Assembly (NCBI GenBank): GCA_019322895.1 | Contig: JAHWHZ010000003.1 | Location: 114,492 to 178,491, forward strand | Length of the DNA stretch: 64,000 bases | Origin: Candidatus Woesearchaeota archaeon | GTDB taxonomy: Archaea; Nanobdellota; Nanobdellia; Woesearchaeales; ARS49 | Direction of reading: 5' to 3' | Part shown: positions 28,901 to 37,332 of the stretch, piece by piece | Position numbering within the stretch: the stretch's first letter is position 1 | How the letters are laid out: the number at the start of each line of letters is the position of its first letter | Position numbers and translations under genes: made by a program | Notes under the pieces: model-generated | Told to the model about the DNA's origin: nothing | The model's database searches: none | Seen by the model: only the letters and a program-made list of their open reading frames with translations

Positions 28901-29884
28901 CCATCTCCTCCTGAATCTTGCTGCATATTCTATTGCAGGGACAAGCTTTTGCACATCATCTATTTCTGCTATTGCTTCATTTATAGGGTCTATTCTTTCT
29001 ATTTCCCGCGCATCTCCTGCAAAAAGTATGTTTTTTGTGTGCTCAGCCACTTTTTCCTGCACTTTAGAATCAAAAGGCGCAATATTATTGACTAAATCAG
29101 TTAGTTTTTCTGCAACTATTTTTTCTTTTTTCTCAGGCTCCTGCCTGCTCATTGATTCATTTCTTATCTCATAAAGGCGCTGGTATGTCTTGAGAGAAAC
29201 TTTTTGTGCATTGTCTACGAATTCTTTTGCAAATTTTATCTTCTCTTCTGCTTCTTTTTCTTCTGAAACAGCAGCAAGCTTGATGAAGTAAGGCTCTCTT
29301 CCGCGCATTTCTTTGTCAGCGTGCATTACAGCCATTATTTCCTGCCAGTTCACGCAGTATCGTGTAAGGACATGTATGCTGGTGCGCGCATATTCCTCCC
29401 GCATCTTTGTTGGCACGCGCATGCTTATCTGTTCAGCAAGGATTTCAAGCCAGGTATAGCATCCTTTTTTCCTGAAAGTCCCGAACATTGCAGGAAGGTC
29501 TCCTATCATCCTGGGATAATGCGGGAAAAAACAAGCATTTTTTGAAAAAGCATGGTCAAGAAAATCAAAAAGGTCTTTTGAGCCTTTTTCGCCTTTCCTT
29601 TTATCCTGGTCTGCAAATTTCGCAGTAGTTGCTCCTTTGCTGAGCAAAGTGCTTAGATACTTGTCTCTTGTTATTTCATCTTCAACAGAAAGCTTTCTTT
29701 TTCTGTACTTTTTCAGAAGAGAGAATAACGGCTCCTTATATCTTTCTTCCATAGAATTTACAGCGTTTTCAAGTCGCTCGTCAGTAGTTTTTACTCGGAT
29801 ATTATATTTTTTTGCAAGAAGTTCTATTACTTGTGCCTTGTTCAGTCGTGGCTTCTTTGTCTTTTTCTTCTTGCCATCTTGCAT
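25973..29884 (-). CDS. giant CbbO/NorD-like protein with C-terminal von Willebrand factor A domain
   Basis: 1303 aa. The C-terminal ~350 aa follow the NorD/CbbO pattern: FPEWDADTGQLKENYVLVYER, then SVATLLLTEVSGSL (MIDAS-like, with E in place of D), DGAGIRYATHVL and ILAYLLEGAPNDIEY. The start lies 4 nt downstream of the AAA+ gene stop. Confidence 0.8.
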   Translation of the reverse strand: MQDGKKKKTKKPRLNKAQVIELLAKKYNIRVKTTDERLENAVNSMEERYKEPLFSLLKKYRKRKLSVEDEITRDKYLSTLLSKGATTAKFADQDKRKGEKGSKDLFDFLDHAFSKNACFFPHYPRMIGDLPAMFGTFRKKGCYTWLEILAEQISMRVPTKMREEYARTSIHVLTRYCVNWQEIMAVMHADKEMRGREPYFIKLAAVSEEKEAEEKIKFAKEFVDNAQKVSLKTYQRLYEIRNESMSRQEPEKKEKIVAEKLTDLVNNIAPFDSKVQEKVAEHTKNILFAGDAREIERIDPINEAIAEIDDVQKLVPAIEYAARFRRRWRFDKLLHAYLNHIPGIAAQKTSADEFKRYLSYLLIAFGHKTRAEKEKRSYVNLFHDTKNALENIFGLQRQDKQEVFSAGDAFLENGLHLVRNGGQDLAEFLDNYASLCQITKKQGKFLKEFIDHLLQNAMTSNDRELRRHLTTLSNQLSLLADEFSKENFQAWVNALEKKMDTQKPGQSSLSSYILQSAPLYAQADEETIEHASNIRDLAIELRKPYQERDDVLRQLIVRKLPGKLNYMPDEFLDADLVFLRARAQAGDDVENDVLFDFCGFFCYYLNVVRPETIMSAAKIKQPDLLLYSFLRKFQQIPKENQRFFMDELNQMFAPYVEKTRMILKKQDSTLREKEKYEARWREFREKLEQLIDNYFDNLPKMIDSFGVETAQAWAEEGAKLDSVDAAVKFYGRRSYTSSISVDKFLQGLKFDDVVGKLKVYAEALSNKRLAVEKTDSVELKSSLQEGKIVLPISVHAFEDDEQNFSIYKVLTSYQTAFLEFGTYEIDESALKELIQDCMEKSGSKEEIDEVSLARLMSTYPNSEAAKFIFTMLETARVKSKLLETYPGLRNDMAIFDEYISSNFNKPKSSFEALYQICMTGSSKRKSKLAAKLKSEIDEHIRMPSATVIDSLHLTDRLYDIMKADEVAKRVEPPEPVSEINLEEAVTVESGLAPKEEEILLDEQEGKPILFPEWDADTGQLKENYVLVYERPIEVVENDFVTSVLDEDYVHLERIRREFERLKPEERKALKKQLSGEPDFNAIVEAKGQIAAGVTPSEKLFIRTYKNQRSVATLLLTEVSGSLRKFLDLDNPRKGRFIDISKKTCLYMCEAIDQTGDAYSIIAYSGKTREQVDVYQIKGFNEKYNRETQRRIGSLKALQQNRDGAGIRYATHVLSRRPEKHKILAYLLEGAPNDIEYKGEYAIADTREALREARNAGLHPIVIFTGDAEKEVMEKIARGFRFAHVNRMEDVPAKLPGIYRRLTG

Positions 29885-29888
29885 TTTT

Positions 29889-30797
29889 CTAAGGGAATTT
29901 GGTTTTAACTACCTCTTCTAATCCCTCTTTTATGTCCTTGTAGACGTCTGCCTTGTCTGTCAATGTGTCAAGAATCGCTACATTTATCGCTTCCTGCGGA
30001 GCTATTCCTTCCTGCATCAGCTCTGCAGCGTAGATAAGAAGTCTTGTGCTCGCTCCTTCGTCAAGGCCTTTTCCTTTAAGGTTCCTTATCTTTCCAGCAA
30101 CCTCGACAAGCGGCTTTGATAATTTGCTGTCTACACCTGCTTCTGTCTCAATGATTTTTTGCTCAATATCTGCAGGAGGATAATTGAATTCAAGTGTGAT
30201 AAATCTTTGTTTTGTGCTTTGCTTAAGCTCTTTTCCGACATTCTGGTACCCGGGATTATAGCTCATAACAAGCATGAAATTCGGGTCTGCCTCATAGACC
30301 TGGCCGGTCTTTTCTACTGAGATTGTCCTTACGCGCTCTTTTCCTGCACGGTCTGCAAGAGGGTGTGTAATGACTGTGACGTCTTTTCTTGCCTCCACAA
30401 CCTCGTCAAGATAAAGTATTCCTCCGTGCTTGACTGCAACAAGCGCAGGGCCGTCCATAAATTCGCCATTAAGCAGGTATCTTCCTATCAAATCATCTGA
30501 GCATAAATCTTCATGGCAATGCACTGAAACCAAAGGCCCAAGGCCGTCTTTTGGTTTTGCTTTATCTGCTTTTTTTGCTCCTTTTGCAGGCTTTACATGT
30601 GTCAAGTCTACACTCAGCTTATGTGCCATGTAATGTATAAATCTTGATTTTCCGCACCCTGTAGGGCCCTTAAGAAGTACTGGTATGTGTCTTTTGAAAG
30701 CTATCTCAAAAAGCTTTATTTCATTGCCAACAGGCTCATAATATGGCTCTTCTGTAATCCTGTAAGATTCTATTGTGTATTCACTTGATTTAGCCAT
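29889..30797 (-). CDS. CbbQ/NirQ/NorQ-family (MoxR-class) AAA+ ATPase
   Basis: Walker A LLKGPTGCGKSRFIHYMA and Walker B GGILYLDEV. MLVMSYNPGYQ is typical of CbbQ/NorQ. Contains a Lys-rich insertion. Confidence 0.88.
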   Translation of the reverse strand: MAKSSEYTIESYRITEEPYYEPVGNEIKLFEIAFKRHIPVLLKGPTGCGKSRFIHYMAHKLSVDLTHVKPAKGAKKADKAKPKDGLGPLVSVHCHEDLCSDDLIGRYLLNGEFMDGPALVAVKHGGILYLDEVVEARKDVTVITHPLADRAGKERVRTISVEKTGQVYEADPNFMLVMSYNPGYQNVGKELKQSTKQRFITLEFNYPPADIEQKIIETEAGVDSKLSKPLVEVAGKIRNLKGKGLDEGASTRLLIYAAELMQEGIAPQEAINVAILDTLTDKADVYKDIKEGLEEVVKTKFP

Positions 30798-30818
30798 TTT
30801 TCAACCCCCCAAAAAGAA

Positions 30819-31346
30819 TTAATCTTCGTCGCTTCTCTTTGGTGTAACGTCCATGTATAAGTTTGGAAAAAACGGAGTTCTGCCTGCTTCAAGATTTAAA
30901 AACATCCTCTGCAAGATAACTTCATTATCTATGTTTTCTATCTCTCTTTCCAGTGCTGCTTGAACATCTTCTCTTTCTGTTGCAGATAGATATCTTAATG
31001 TTTCCTCAACATCCAGCTGCAGTCCCTGCTCGCCATACTTGAATGCCCTTTTTCCAGGACCGATCTCAGAATCATATTCCCATCCAGGAATATGTGAAAG
31101 AACATTATCTGGCTGTCTTGATGTGTCTATTAGTGCATAGCGATGCTTGCTCTGCTTTGGGCCAGATATCTCTGCTAGTTTAAAACCTGTATGATTTTCT
31201 TCACCAAAGTAAATATTTCGCCTAAGCTGGCTTTGCAGCAAAGCTGTATGAGCATCTCCGCCATCTTCTTGATTAGGCCAGAATTTAGTTATATCTTCAC
31301 CGTCATTGATTCTATCTTCAATATTTTCATCATGATATCTTGCCAT
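30819..31346 (-). CDS. hypothetical acidic protein, first gene of the CbbQ/CbbO-like operon
   Basis: 175 aa with no motif recognised. Sits 21 nt upstream of the AAA+ gene on the same strand. Confidence 0.55.
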   Translation of the reverse strand: MARYHDENIEDRINDGEDITKFWPNQEDGGDAHTALLQSQLRRNIYFGEENHTGFKLAEISGPKQSKHRYALIDTSRQPDNVLSHIPGWEYDSEIGPGKRAFKYGEQGLQLDVEETLRYLSATEREDVQAALEREIENIDNEVILQRMFLNLEAGRTPFFPNLYMDVTPKRSDED

Positions 31347-31619
31347 CGTGTCTTTCCTCCCAAATATCTCTTGTTTTTAAAGTATAAATAACTTTCTATA
31401 TACTTATAGGTAACAGTGACCATTTATAAAGCTTATGGTTTTTTAACTACTTTTCAGTGTCAAAAACAAAAGATTTAAATACTACTAGTGTTTACCTATT
31501 ATTACCATGAAACGAGTTGATTGTATTCATTGTGGATAAACTGAATTCTTATTTTATTAGTTCCAGCTCTATGATGCGAAGTGATTGTATTCATCATCGC
31601 TAGTTCTAAATTCATTCTT

Positions 31620-31687
31620 GGCGGCAGTGGCGTAATGGTAGCGTATGGGACTGTGGCTCCCATGGCGCGGGTTCGATTCCCACCTAA
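31620..31687 (+). pseudogene. truncated tRNA-His relic (5' 62 nt identical to the functional copy, no 3' acceptor strand)
   Basis: 31620-31681 is identical to 31815-31876. The sequence then diverges (cccacctaac vs cccgcctgcc), so the acceptor stem cannot close. Confidence 0.8.
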
Positions 31688-31802
31688 CTTTGAAAAAGTT
31701 AGGATCAAAATGCGTTCTTTGTTCAGGCTCCAGAAGCAATCTATAGGCTGTTTGCTCTGCAAACAGGGATTCAACTCTTCTCTCACCCTCACAATATCAC
31801 GC
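31683..31802 (+). mobile_element. R-element copy 2 (hairpin cctaactttgaaaaagttagg plus core 31711-31802) between the tRNA-His relic and the intact tRNA-His
   Basis: Aligns with 5333-5450 and with the reverse complement of 57912-58032. Confidence 0.6.
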
Positions 31803-31814
31803 AATATTAATTAT

Positions 31815-31886
31815 GGCGGCAGTGGCGTAATGGTAGCGTATGGGACTGTGGCTCCCATGGCGCGGGTTCGATTCCCGCCTGCCGCC
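31815..31886 (+). tRNA. tRNA-His: tRNA-His (GUG) with genome-encoded G-1
   Basis: 8-bp acceptor GGCGGCAG/CTGCCGCC, D arm GGCG..., anticodon arm TGGGA-CTGTGGC-TCCCA (anticodon GTG), T arm GCGGG-TTCGATT-CCCGC. Confidence 0.9.
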
Positions 31887-31936
31887 CTTGATTCTCAAAA
31901 AGATTTATATATAATAATGAATGCAGGTGAATTAAA

Positions 31937-33196
31937 ATGAAATACCAAGCACCAAAAGGGATGGAAGACTATTACCCTGAGAGAGAAGCTGTAAAGAATA
32001 AGATATTTCAGGTATTTAGAGAGGTAGCCATAAGATACGGCTATCAGGAAGTGAGCACTCCTGCAATGGAGTCTTTCAAGCTATTATCTGCTAAGTCTGG
32101 TGAAGAGATAAAACAGCAGATTTTCATGATAGAGAAAAGAGGCGCTGAAAGCCTTGGCTTGAGATTTGATTTGACTGTTCCTATCACAAGGTTATTTATC
32201 ACAAAGCAAAAAGAGCTTGTAAAGCCGGTTAAGTGGTTTTCTATAGGAAAGATGTGGCGCTATGAAGCTCCGCAAAAAGGAAGATTAAGGGAATTCAACC
32301 AATTGAGTGTTGAATTGTTTGGCTCTGACAAGCCAGAGGCAGATGCAGAATTATTGAACATGATAATTGACATAATGAAAGCTCTTGGATTAAGTGACAG
32401 GGATTTCTTTATCAAGATGAACAACAGGAAATTGCTGGAAGGCCTTTTATTGACTGCAATCAAGAAAGACCAGCTGGAAGCAGTTACAAGAGTTATTGAC
32501 AAGAAAAACAAGCTCACAGATGCAGAGTTTGAGCAGGAACTGCTTGACTTGGGGCTGGATAATTTCAAGATCCAGAGGATAAGGCATGCTATACAGTTCA
32601 ATGGCAAGCCGAGCAAGGTCTTGAAAGATATTAAAGAGCATTTTGCAGATGTTCCTGAAGAGACCAAGAGAGGAATAATTGAGATGGAGAATATCTGCAA
32701 GCTAGTTTCAGAAAAATATGTTGTACTGGACTTGTCAGTAGCCCGCGGCCTGGCTTATTACACAGGGACCGTGTTTGAGGTGTTTGACAGGCAGGAAAAA
32801 TTCCGCTCAATGGCAGGCGGAGGCAGGTATGACAATATGGTGAAATTATTTGGAGGAGAAGACTGCCCTGCAACCGGCTTTGCTATCGGAGAAGCTGTAA
32901 CAACTTTAGTGTTAAAGGACTGCAACAAGCTTCCAGAGCCAGAATTAGAGCCAGACTATTTCATAGCTGTCGTGAGCGAGGATGTAAGAAAAGATGCAAT
33001 GAAGCTTGCAGAGAAATTAAGGAAAAAATACAAGGTTGACATTGACCTGATGGGCAGGAAACTGAAAAAGCAATTTGAATATGCGAATTCTATCAAGGCA
33101 AAGAAAGTGATTGTTGTGGGCCCTGATGAAGTCAAGGCAAAGACTTTCACAGTTAAGGACATGAAGACTGGAAAAGAAGAGAAAAAGAAGCTTTAA
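31937..33196 (+). CDS. hisS: histidine--tRNA ligase
   Basis: APKGMEDYYP, class II motif 2 (KMWRYEAPQKGRLREFNQ) and motif 3 (GGGRYDNMV). AGGTGA Shine-Dalgarno upstream. Confidence 0.93.
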   Translation: MKYQAPKGMEDYYPEREAVKNKIFQVFREVAIRYGYQEVSTPAMESFKLLSAKSGEEIKQQIFMIEKRGAESLGLRFDLTVPITRLFITKQKELVKPVKWFSIGKMWRYEAPQKGRLREFNQLSVELFGSDKPEADAELLNMIIDIMKALGLSDRDFFIKMNNRKLLEGLLLTAIKKDQLEAVTRVIDKKNKLTDAEFEQELLDLGLDNFKIQRIRHAIQFNGKPSKVLKDIKEHFADVPEETKRGIIEMENICKLVSEKYVVLDLSVARGLAYYTGTVFEVFDRQEKFRSMAGGGRYDNMVKLFGGEDCPATGFAIGEAVTTLVLKDCNKLPEPELEPDYFIAVVSEDVRKDAMKLAEKLRKKYKVDIDLMGRKLKKQFEYANSIKAKKVIVVGPDEVKAKTFTVKDMKTGKEEKKKL

Positions 33197-33227
33197 ATAG
33201 TTTCATATATTTCTTAAGCAGCATAAA

Positions 33228-33665
33228 ATGACAGAAGAAGCAGATTTACTAAAAATGATAGAAGAATGTGATGAAATTCTCAGTAAAGACAGCAGTAATG
33301 CCAAGGCATATTTGGATAGAGGCTCAGCAGAGTGCAACCTTGCAGCAGAATACATTGACACGAGCAAGGAAAAGATGTATCTTGAAAAAGCGATTGCAGA
33401 TTTCAACAAAGTGATAGACCTAACCTCAGACAAGTCACTCTTGCAGGAAGCACACCATGAAATAGGCAATGCTTACTCTGAAATAGAGCAGCATGAAGAA
33501 GCAGTAAAGCATTTTACAGCAGCAATAGAAATTACATCAGACGTACATGCTTTGACTCCATTGTACCTCAGCCGTTCCTGCTCTTACCAAGAGCTTGGAG
33601 AAGAAGAGCTTGCCAATACGGATCATGAAAAATACGAGGCCTTGGTAAAGGTTACTAGAGGCTGA
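33228..33665 (+). CDS. TPR-repeat protein
   Basis: AKAYLDRGSAECNL..., EKAIADFNKVIDL and GNAYSEIEQHEEAVKHFTAAIEI form repeated 34-aa TPR-like units. Confidence 0.65.
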   Translation: MTEEADLLKMIEECDEILSKDSSNAKAYLDRGSAECNLAAEYIDTSKEKMYLEKAIADFNKVIDLTSDKSLLQEAHHEIGNAYSEIEQHEEAVKHFTAAIEITSDVHALTPLYLSRSCSYQELGEEELANTDHEKYEALVKVTRG

Positions 33666-33765
33666 TTAGCCAAGAAAATAAGTTCTAGAGTAAAGCCCAT
33701 TTAACCGATGCATTTATATATCAAAACTCTACAGACTGCACTATAATCAATTGGGGTGAGCTAAC

Positions 33766-34770
33766 TTGAAAAAAATAAAATTCTGGCATGTTCTGATAGC
33801 GCTTGTAGCTATTGTCTTGATTATTGCAGTAATAGGATATTTTCAGATAACTAAAAGCACCACTGTTGTTGCGTTCCTGAATGTTGAGGAAGGAAACGTG
33901 CAGGTCAATCATGGAAAAGGATGGATTGATGCAGTGGACGAGATGGAACTGGGATTAAAAGACAGGATAAAAACTTTAGAAGACGGATACGCATCTGTTG
34001 TCTTGTTTGAAAGCACAATCATAAGCCTTGACCCTGGAACAGAGATATTAATAGAGAACCTGGAAAAAGCTCACCAGAAAATAAAGCAGGAAGCTGGCTC
34101 TACCTGGAACAAATTTACAGGACTTGCTGGTGTTGAGGGGCTGAGCATTGAGACTCCTACAACTGTGGCTACTGTCAGAGGAACTTCTTTTGGAGTTGAC
34201 ATGAAATCTGTTGTGGTTGGCGAAGGCGAGGTTGAAGTTGATTTTGAGGGAGAGAAATTCATGGTACAAGCAGATGAAAAAGTTGAGATAGAAGAAGTGA
34301 TGGAAGCAGGAAAATTAAGAAGAAGAGCTGTGAAGAAAGCCTTGACACAAGCTGACCGCGAGAGAGTGCTCAAGAAGATGAAGAGAGCTATCAATGTAAT
34401 GAAGAAATTAAGAAAGCTTGAGATAAAGAAAAAAGAGTTCATTGCAAGAAGGCTGCAGAAAAAATACGATATCTCTGACAGGCAGGTAGATGAATACCTG
34501 GAAAAAGCCGACAAAGGAGAGTATGATCTTGAGGAGGTTGAAAGAAAATCTCCTGTAAAGATGGAATCTGTAAGCAAGATAAGGCGCGTGACAGAAAAGA
34601 TTGTTGAGGAAAACAAAGCGATTGAAAGGCTACTGAAAAAAAGGGCTGCAAAAGTGCCTCTTGAAGACAAAACAGAACAGCGCCTGCTGCCTGAAAAACC
34701 TCCTGAGCCTGCAAGAGAAGACATTTCTCCTGTGCAAGCTCCTGAGAAAACAACTGTAGAAAGAAGATGA
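33766..34770 (+). CDS. FecR-domain protein with N-terminal TM anchor and Lys/Glu-rich tail
   Basis: TTG start and a TM helix. EGNVQVNHGKGWIDA...ETPTTVATVRGTSFGVD is the FecR beta-sandwich pattern. 4-nt overlap with the cyclase gene. Confidence 0.7.
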   Translation: MKKIKFWHVLIALVAIVLIIAVIGYFQITKSTTVVAFLNVEEGNVQVNHGKGWIDAVDEMELGLKDRIKTLEDGYASVVLFESTIISLDPGTEILIENLEKAHQKIKQEAGSTWNKFTGLAGVEGLSIETPTTVATVRGTSFGVDMKSVVVGEGEVEVDFEGEKFMVQADEKVEIEEVMEAGKLRRRAVKKALTQADRERVLKKMKRAINVMKKLRKLEIKKKEFIARRLQKKYDISDRQVDEYLEKADKGEYDLEEVERKSPVKMESVSKIRRVTEKIVEENKAIERLLKKRAAKVPLEDKTEQRLLPEKPPEPAREDISPVQAPEKTTVERR

Positions 34771-36683
34771 AAGTAAAACTGAAGAACTGCATATTGATTG
34801 CAGTTATTTGTTCTTTTATTTTATCTGTTATGCTTTACTTGGGAGTTTTCTCAAATATTCAATTAAAATTAAGTGATAATCTTTACGGCGGAAAGACCGC
34901 ATTGGATGGCATAGTGATTGTTGCAATTGATGACAAGAGTCTGCAGGAGATTGGAAGATGGCCTTGGGACAGGTCTGTTTTTGCAAAGACAATTGAATAT
35001 CTTGATTCTAGCAAGGCAATTGGTGTTGATGTTGCTTTTTTTGAAGCGTCTAAGTTAGAGCAAGACAAATTATTAGGCTATGCACTCTCTGACAAGATCG
35101 TGATTCCAGTTGAATACACTGCCTTTGCTAAGGAGAATGGAAAGATTATGGGCAAGAGATTATTGAAGCCTATCAAAGAGCTGGAAAATGCAAAAACAGG
35201 CTATGTAAATATTGTCACAGATAAAGATGGAGTAACAAGAGCAGTGAATATGGACATCAGCGATGAGTATGAGAATTTTGCTTATGTCTTGTATAAATTG
35301 TACTGGAAAAAAGAATTAAAAGAGCTTCCAGGCAGGTTCTTGGTCAATTTTGTAGGGCCTCCTAACAGCTTCAAGTATTATTCCTTGACAGATGTGTATA
35401 ATGAACGGGTTGGTGCAGATGAATTCAAGGACAAATTGGTCTTTATTGGAGCGACCAGTCCTGACATGCATGATGATTATTTTGTTCCTACGTCTAAAGG
35501 AAAGGCAATGCCTGGTGTTGAGATCCATGCAAACACTGTGCAGACAATGATTAACAAGGATTTTCTTCAAGAGCAGTCAAAATTAACTGTTGTCTTATTG
35601 ATGCTTGCAGTCTCTTTATTACTGGCTTTTGCTGTTTACAAGTTCAGGATAGGCGGCGAGATTATCCTGGCTCCTGCATTGATAGTTGCTTATTTGTTCT
35701 TGGCAATCTATGTTTTTAATTATGGAATATTGATGAATCTTGTCTATGTTCCTTTGGCAATTGCTGTGACATTCACTTTTGAGATAATTTATTTTTATCA
35801 CAGCGAGAAAAAAGAAAGGAAAAAGGTTCGCGGAGCTTTCTCAAAATATGTTGCTCCTGCTGTTGTTGATGAATTGATGAAAGATCCTGAAAAATTGAAA
35901 TTAGGCGGTGTCAGGAAAGAGATTACCGTGTTTTTCTCAGACATCCGCGGGTTTACCACGATTTCAGAGAAACTGAGCCCTGAGAAGCTTGTTCATATCC
36001 TGAATGAATACCTTACTGCAATGACTGACATCATAATGAGGCATGCAGGTGTTGTTGACAAGTACATCGGCGATGCTATCATGGCTTTCTGGGGCGCTCC
36101 GATGAAGCAGCCAAATCACGCGGAGATGGCCTGCTCAACATCTCTTGATATGATAAAAAAATTACTTGAGTTGCAGAAAAAATGGGCTAAAGAAAAATTT
36201 CCAGAGATTAACATTGGAATCGGTCTTAATACAGGGCATGCTGTAATCGGAAACATGGGATCTTATGAAAGATTTGATTTTACTGCAATGGGTGACACGA
36301 TTAACATTGGTTCTAGATTAGAAGGTTTGACAAAAGCATATGGAGTTAAAATCATTGCAAGCGAAAATACTAAAAAGGCTGTTAAAGGAAAGTTTATTTT
36401 CAGAAAATTAGATTTAGTCCGCGTCAAAGGAAAGAAAAAGCCAGTTACAATATATGAGCTTGTCTGCAGGAAAAAAGAATCGAATAAAGAGATTGAAGAT
36501 AAGATCAAGTCATACGAATCTGGATTGAAACTCTATTTGAGCAGGAAGTGGGACAAAGCAGTCAAAGAATTCAAGAAAGTCAATGATTTTGCTTCAAAAG
36601 AATTCATGAAAAGATGCAAACTGTTCAAGAAAAATCCTCCTCCAAAAGATTGGGATGGGGCGTGGGTCATGAGGAGTAAATAG
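34767..36683 (+). CDS. CHASE2 sensor / class III adenylate-guanylate cyclase
   Basis: Periplasmic CHASE2 pattern (IVIVAIDDKSLQEIGRWPWDR) and 3 TM helices. Cyclase core: ITVFFSDIRGFTTISE, KYIGDAIMAFWGAP, IGLNTGHAVIGNMGS and FDFTAMGDTINIGSRLEG. Confidence 0.93.
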   Translation: MKVKLKNCILIAVICSFILSVMLYLGVFSNIQLKLSDNLYGGKTALDGIVIVAIDDKSLQEIGRWPWDRSVFAKTIEYLDSSKAIGVDVAFFEASKLEQDKLLGYALSDKIVIPVEYTAFAKENGKIMGKRLLKPIKELENAKTGYVNIVTDKDGVTRAVNMDISDEYENFAYVLYKLYWKKELKELPGRFLVNFVGPPNSFKYYSLTDVYNERVGADEFKDKLVFIGATSPDMHDDYFVPTSKGKAMPGVEIHANTVQTMINKDFLQEQSKLTVVLLMLAVSLLLAFAVYKFRIGGEIILAPALIVAYLFLAIYVFNYGILMNLVYVPLAIAVTFTFEIIYFYHSEKKERKKVRGAFSKYVAPAVVDELMKDPEKLKLGGVRKEITVFFSDIRGFTTISEKLSPEKLVHILNEYLTAMTDIIMRHAGVVDKYIGDAIMAFWGAPMKQPNHAEMACSTSLDMIKKLLELQKKWAKEKFPEINIGIGLNTGHAVIGNMGSYERFDFTAMGDTINIGSRLEGLTKAYGVKIIASENTKKAVKGKFIFRKLDLVRVKGKKKPVTIYELVCRKKESNKEIEDKIKSYESGLKLYLSRKWDKAVKEFKKVNDFASKEFMKRCKLFKKNPPPKDWDGAWVMRSK

Positions 36684-36718
36684 CAAAGTTTTTAAGATAT
36701 GACAGTTTATACTGCCTT

Positions 36719-37330
36719 ATGAAGAACATAATAAAAGTTTCATTCTTGCTTTTGCTTTTATCTATTCTTGTTGCTTGTGGAAATACTTCAGAAAAACCGG
36801 CTGTTGATTCTTCAGAAAAAACACTGCCTGAATTGATGGAGGAACTTGAAGAACAGATAGATTCAGCAGAAAAAACAATGCCTGAGCTAATGGTTGAGCT
36901 TGGGCAAAAAATGGAAGAAATCGAGCCAGAGGTGCCGCAAGAAGAGCCTCTTAAGCTTGATCCTGAGAAATACGGCGAATTGATTGACAAGTATTGCAAA
37001 GAATACTTTTTGCTTAAAGGAAAATACATAGGCAGATCTGCTGAAAACGTTTGTTATACAGATATTGCTAAAGCAACTGAAGATATCTCTTTGTGTGAGC
37101 TGATTATAGATGATGAATTTTTTCCCAGGGAAGAAAATGTGGCTAATTGCTATATCGCCATTGCAGAACTGAAAAAAGATATAAGCATCTGTGAAAACAT
37201 ACCTGACTTGATTAATCACGAATACTGCAGGGCCGCTGTTTGGGTGGAGTTAAAAAAACCTCCGGAGATATGCGATACCTTAAAAACAGAAGAATCAAAG
37301 AAAAGATGTCATGGGGATTTGGATGAATAA
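36719..37330 (+). CDS. acidic lipoprotein with Cys-rich C-terminal half
   Basis: Signal peptide with lipobox ILVACG, a repeated EKT(L/M)PELM unit, and multiple Cys residues later. Confidence 0.55.
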   Translation: MKNIIKVSFLLLLLSILVACGNTSEKPAVDSSEKTLPELMEELEEQIDSAEKTMPELMVELGQKMEEIEPEVPQEEPLKLDPEKYGELIDKYCKEYFLLKGKYIGRSAENVCYTDIAKATEDISLCELIIDDEFFPREENVANCYIAIAELKKDISICENIPDLINHEYCRAAVWVELKKPPEICDTLKTEESKKRCHGDLDE

Positions 37331-37332
37331 AT

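Noticed and set aside
31518-31600. 12-nt direct repeat gattgtattcat (31518 and 31583) and a GATGATGA box on the minus strand, suggesting a possible C/D box sRNA upstream of tRNA-His
   Set aside because: No matching D box (CTGA) or C'/D' arrangement lies at the right spacing. It could equally be promoter-region duplication.
31502-31940. ORFs 31502..31804 (-) and 31581..31940 (+)
   Set aside because: They run through the tRNA-His relic, the R-element and the intact tRNA-His, and the repeated peptide GGSGVMVAYGTVAPMARVRFPP is simply translated tRNA.
34071-34724. 217-aa minus-strand Ser-rich ORF
   Set aside because: It is antisense to the FecR-domain gene. The low-complexity Ser/Phe/Leu sequence is produced by the Lys/Glu-rich sense strand.
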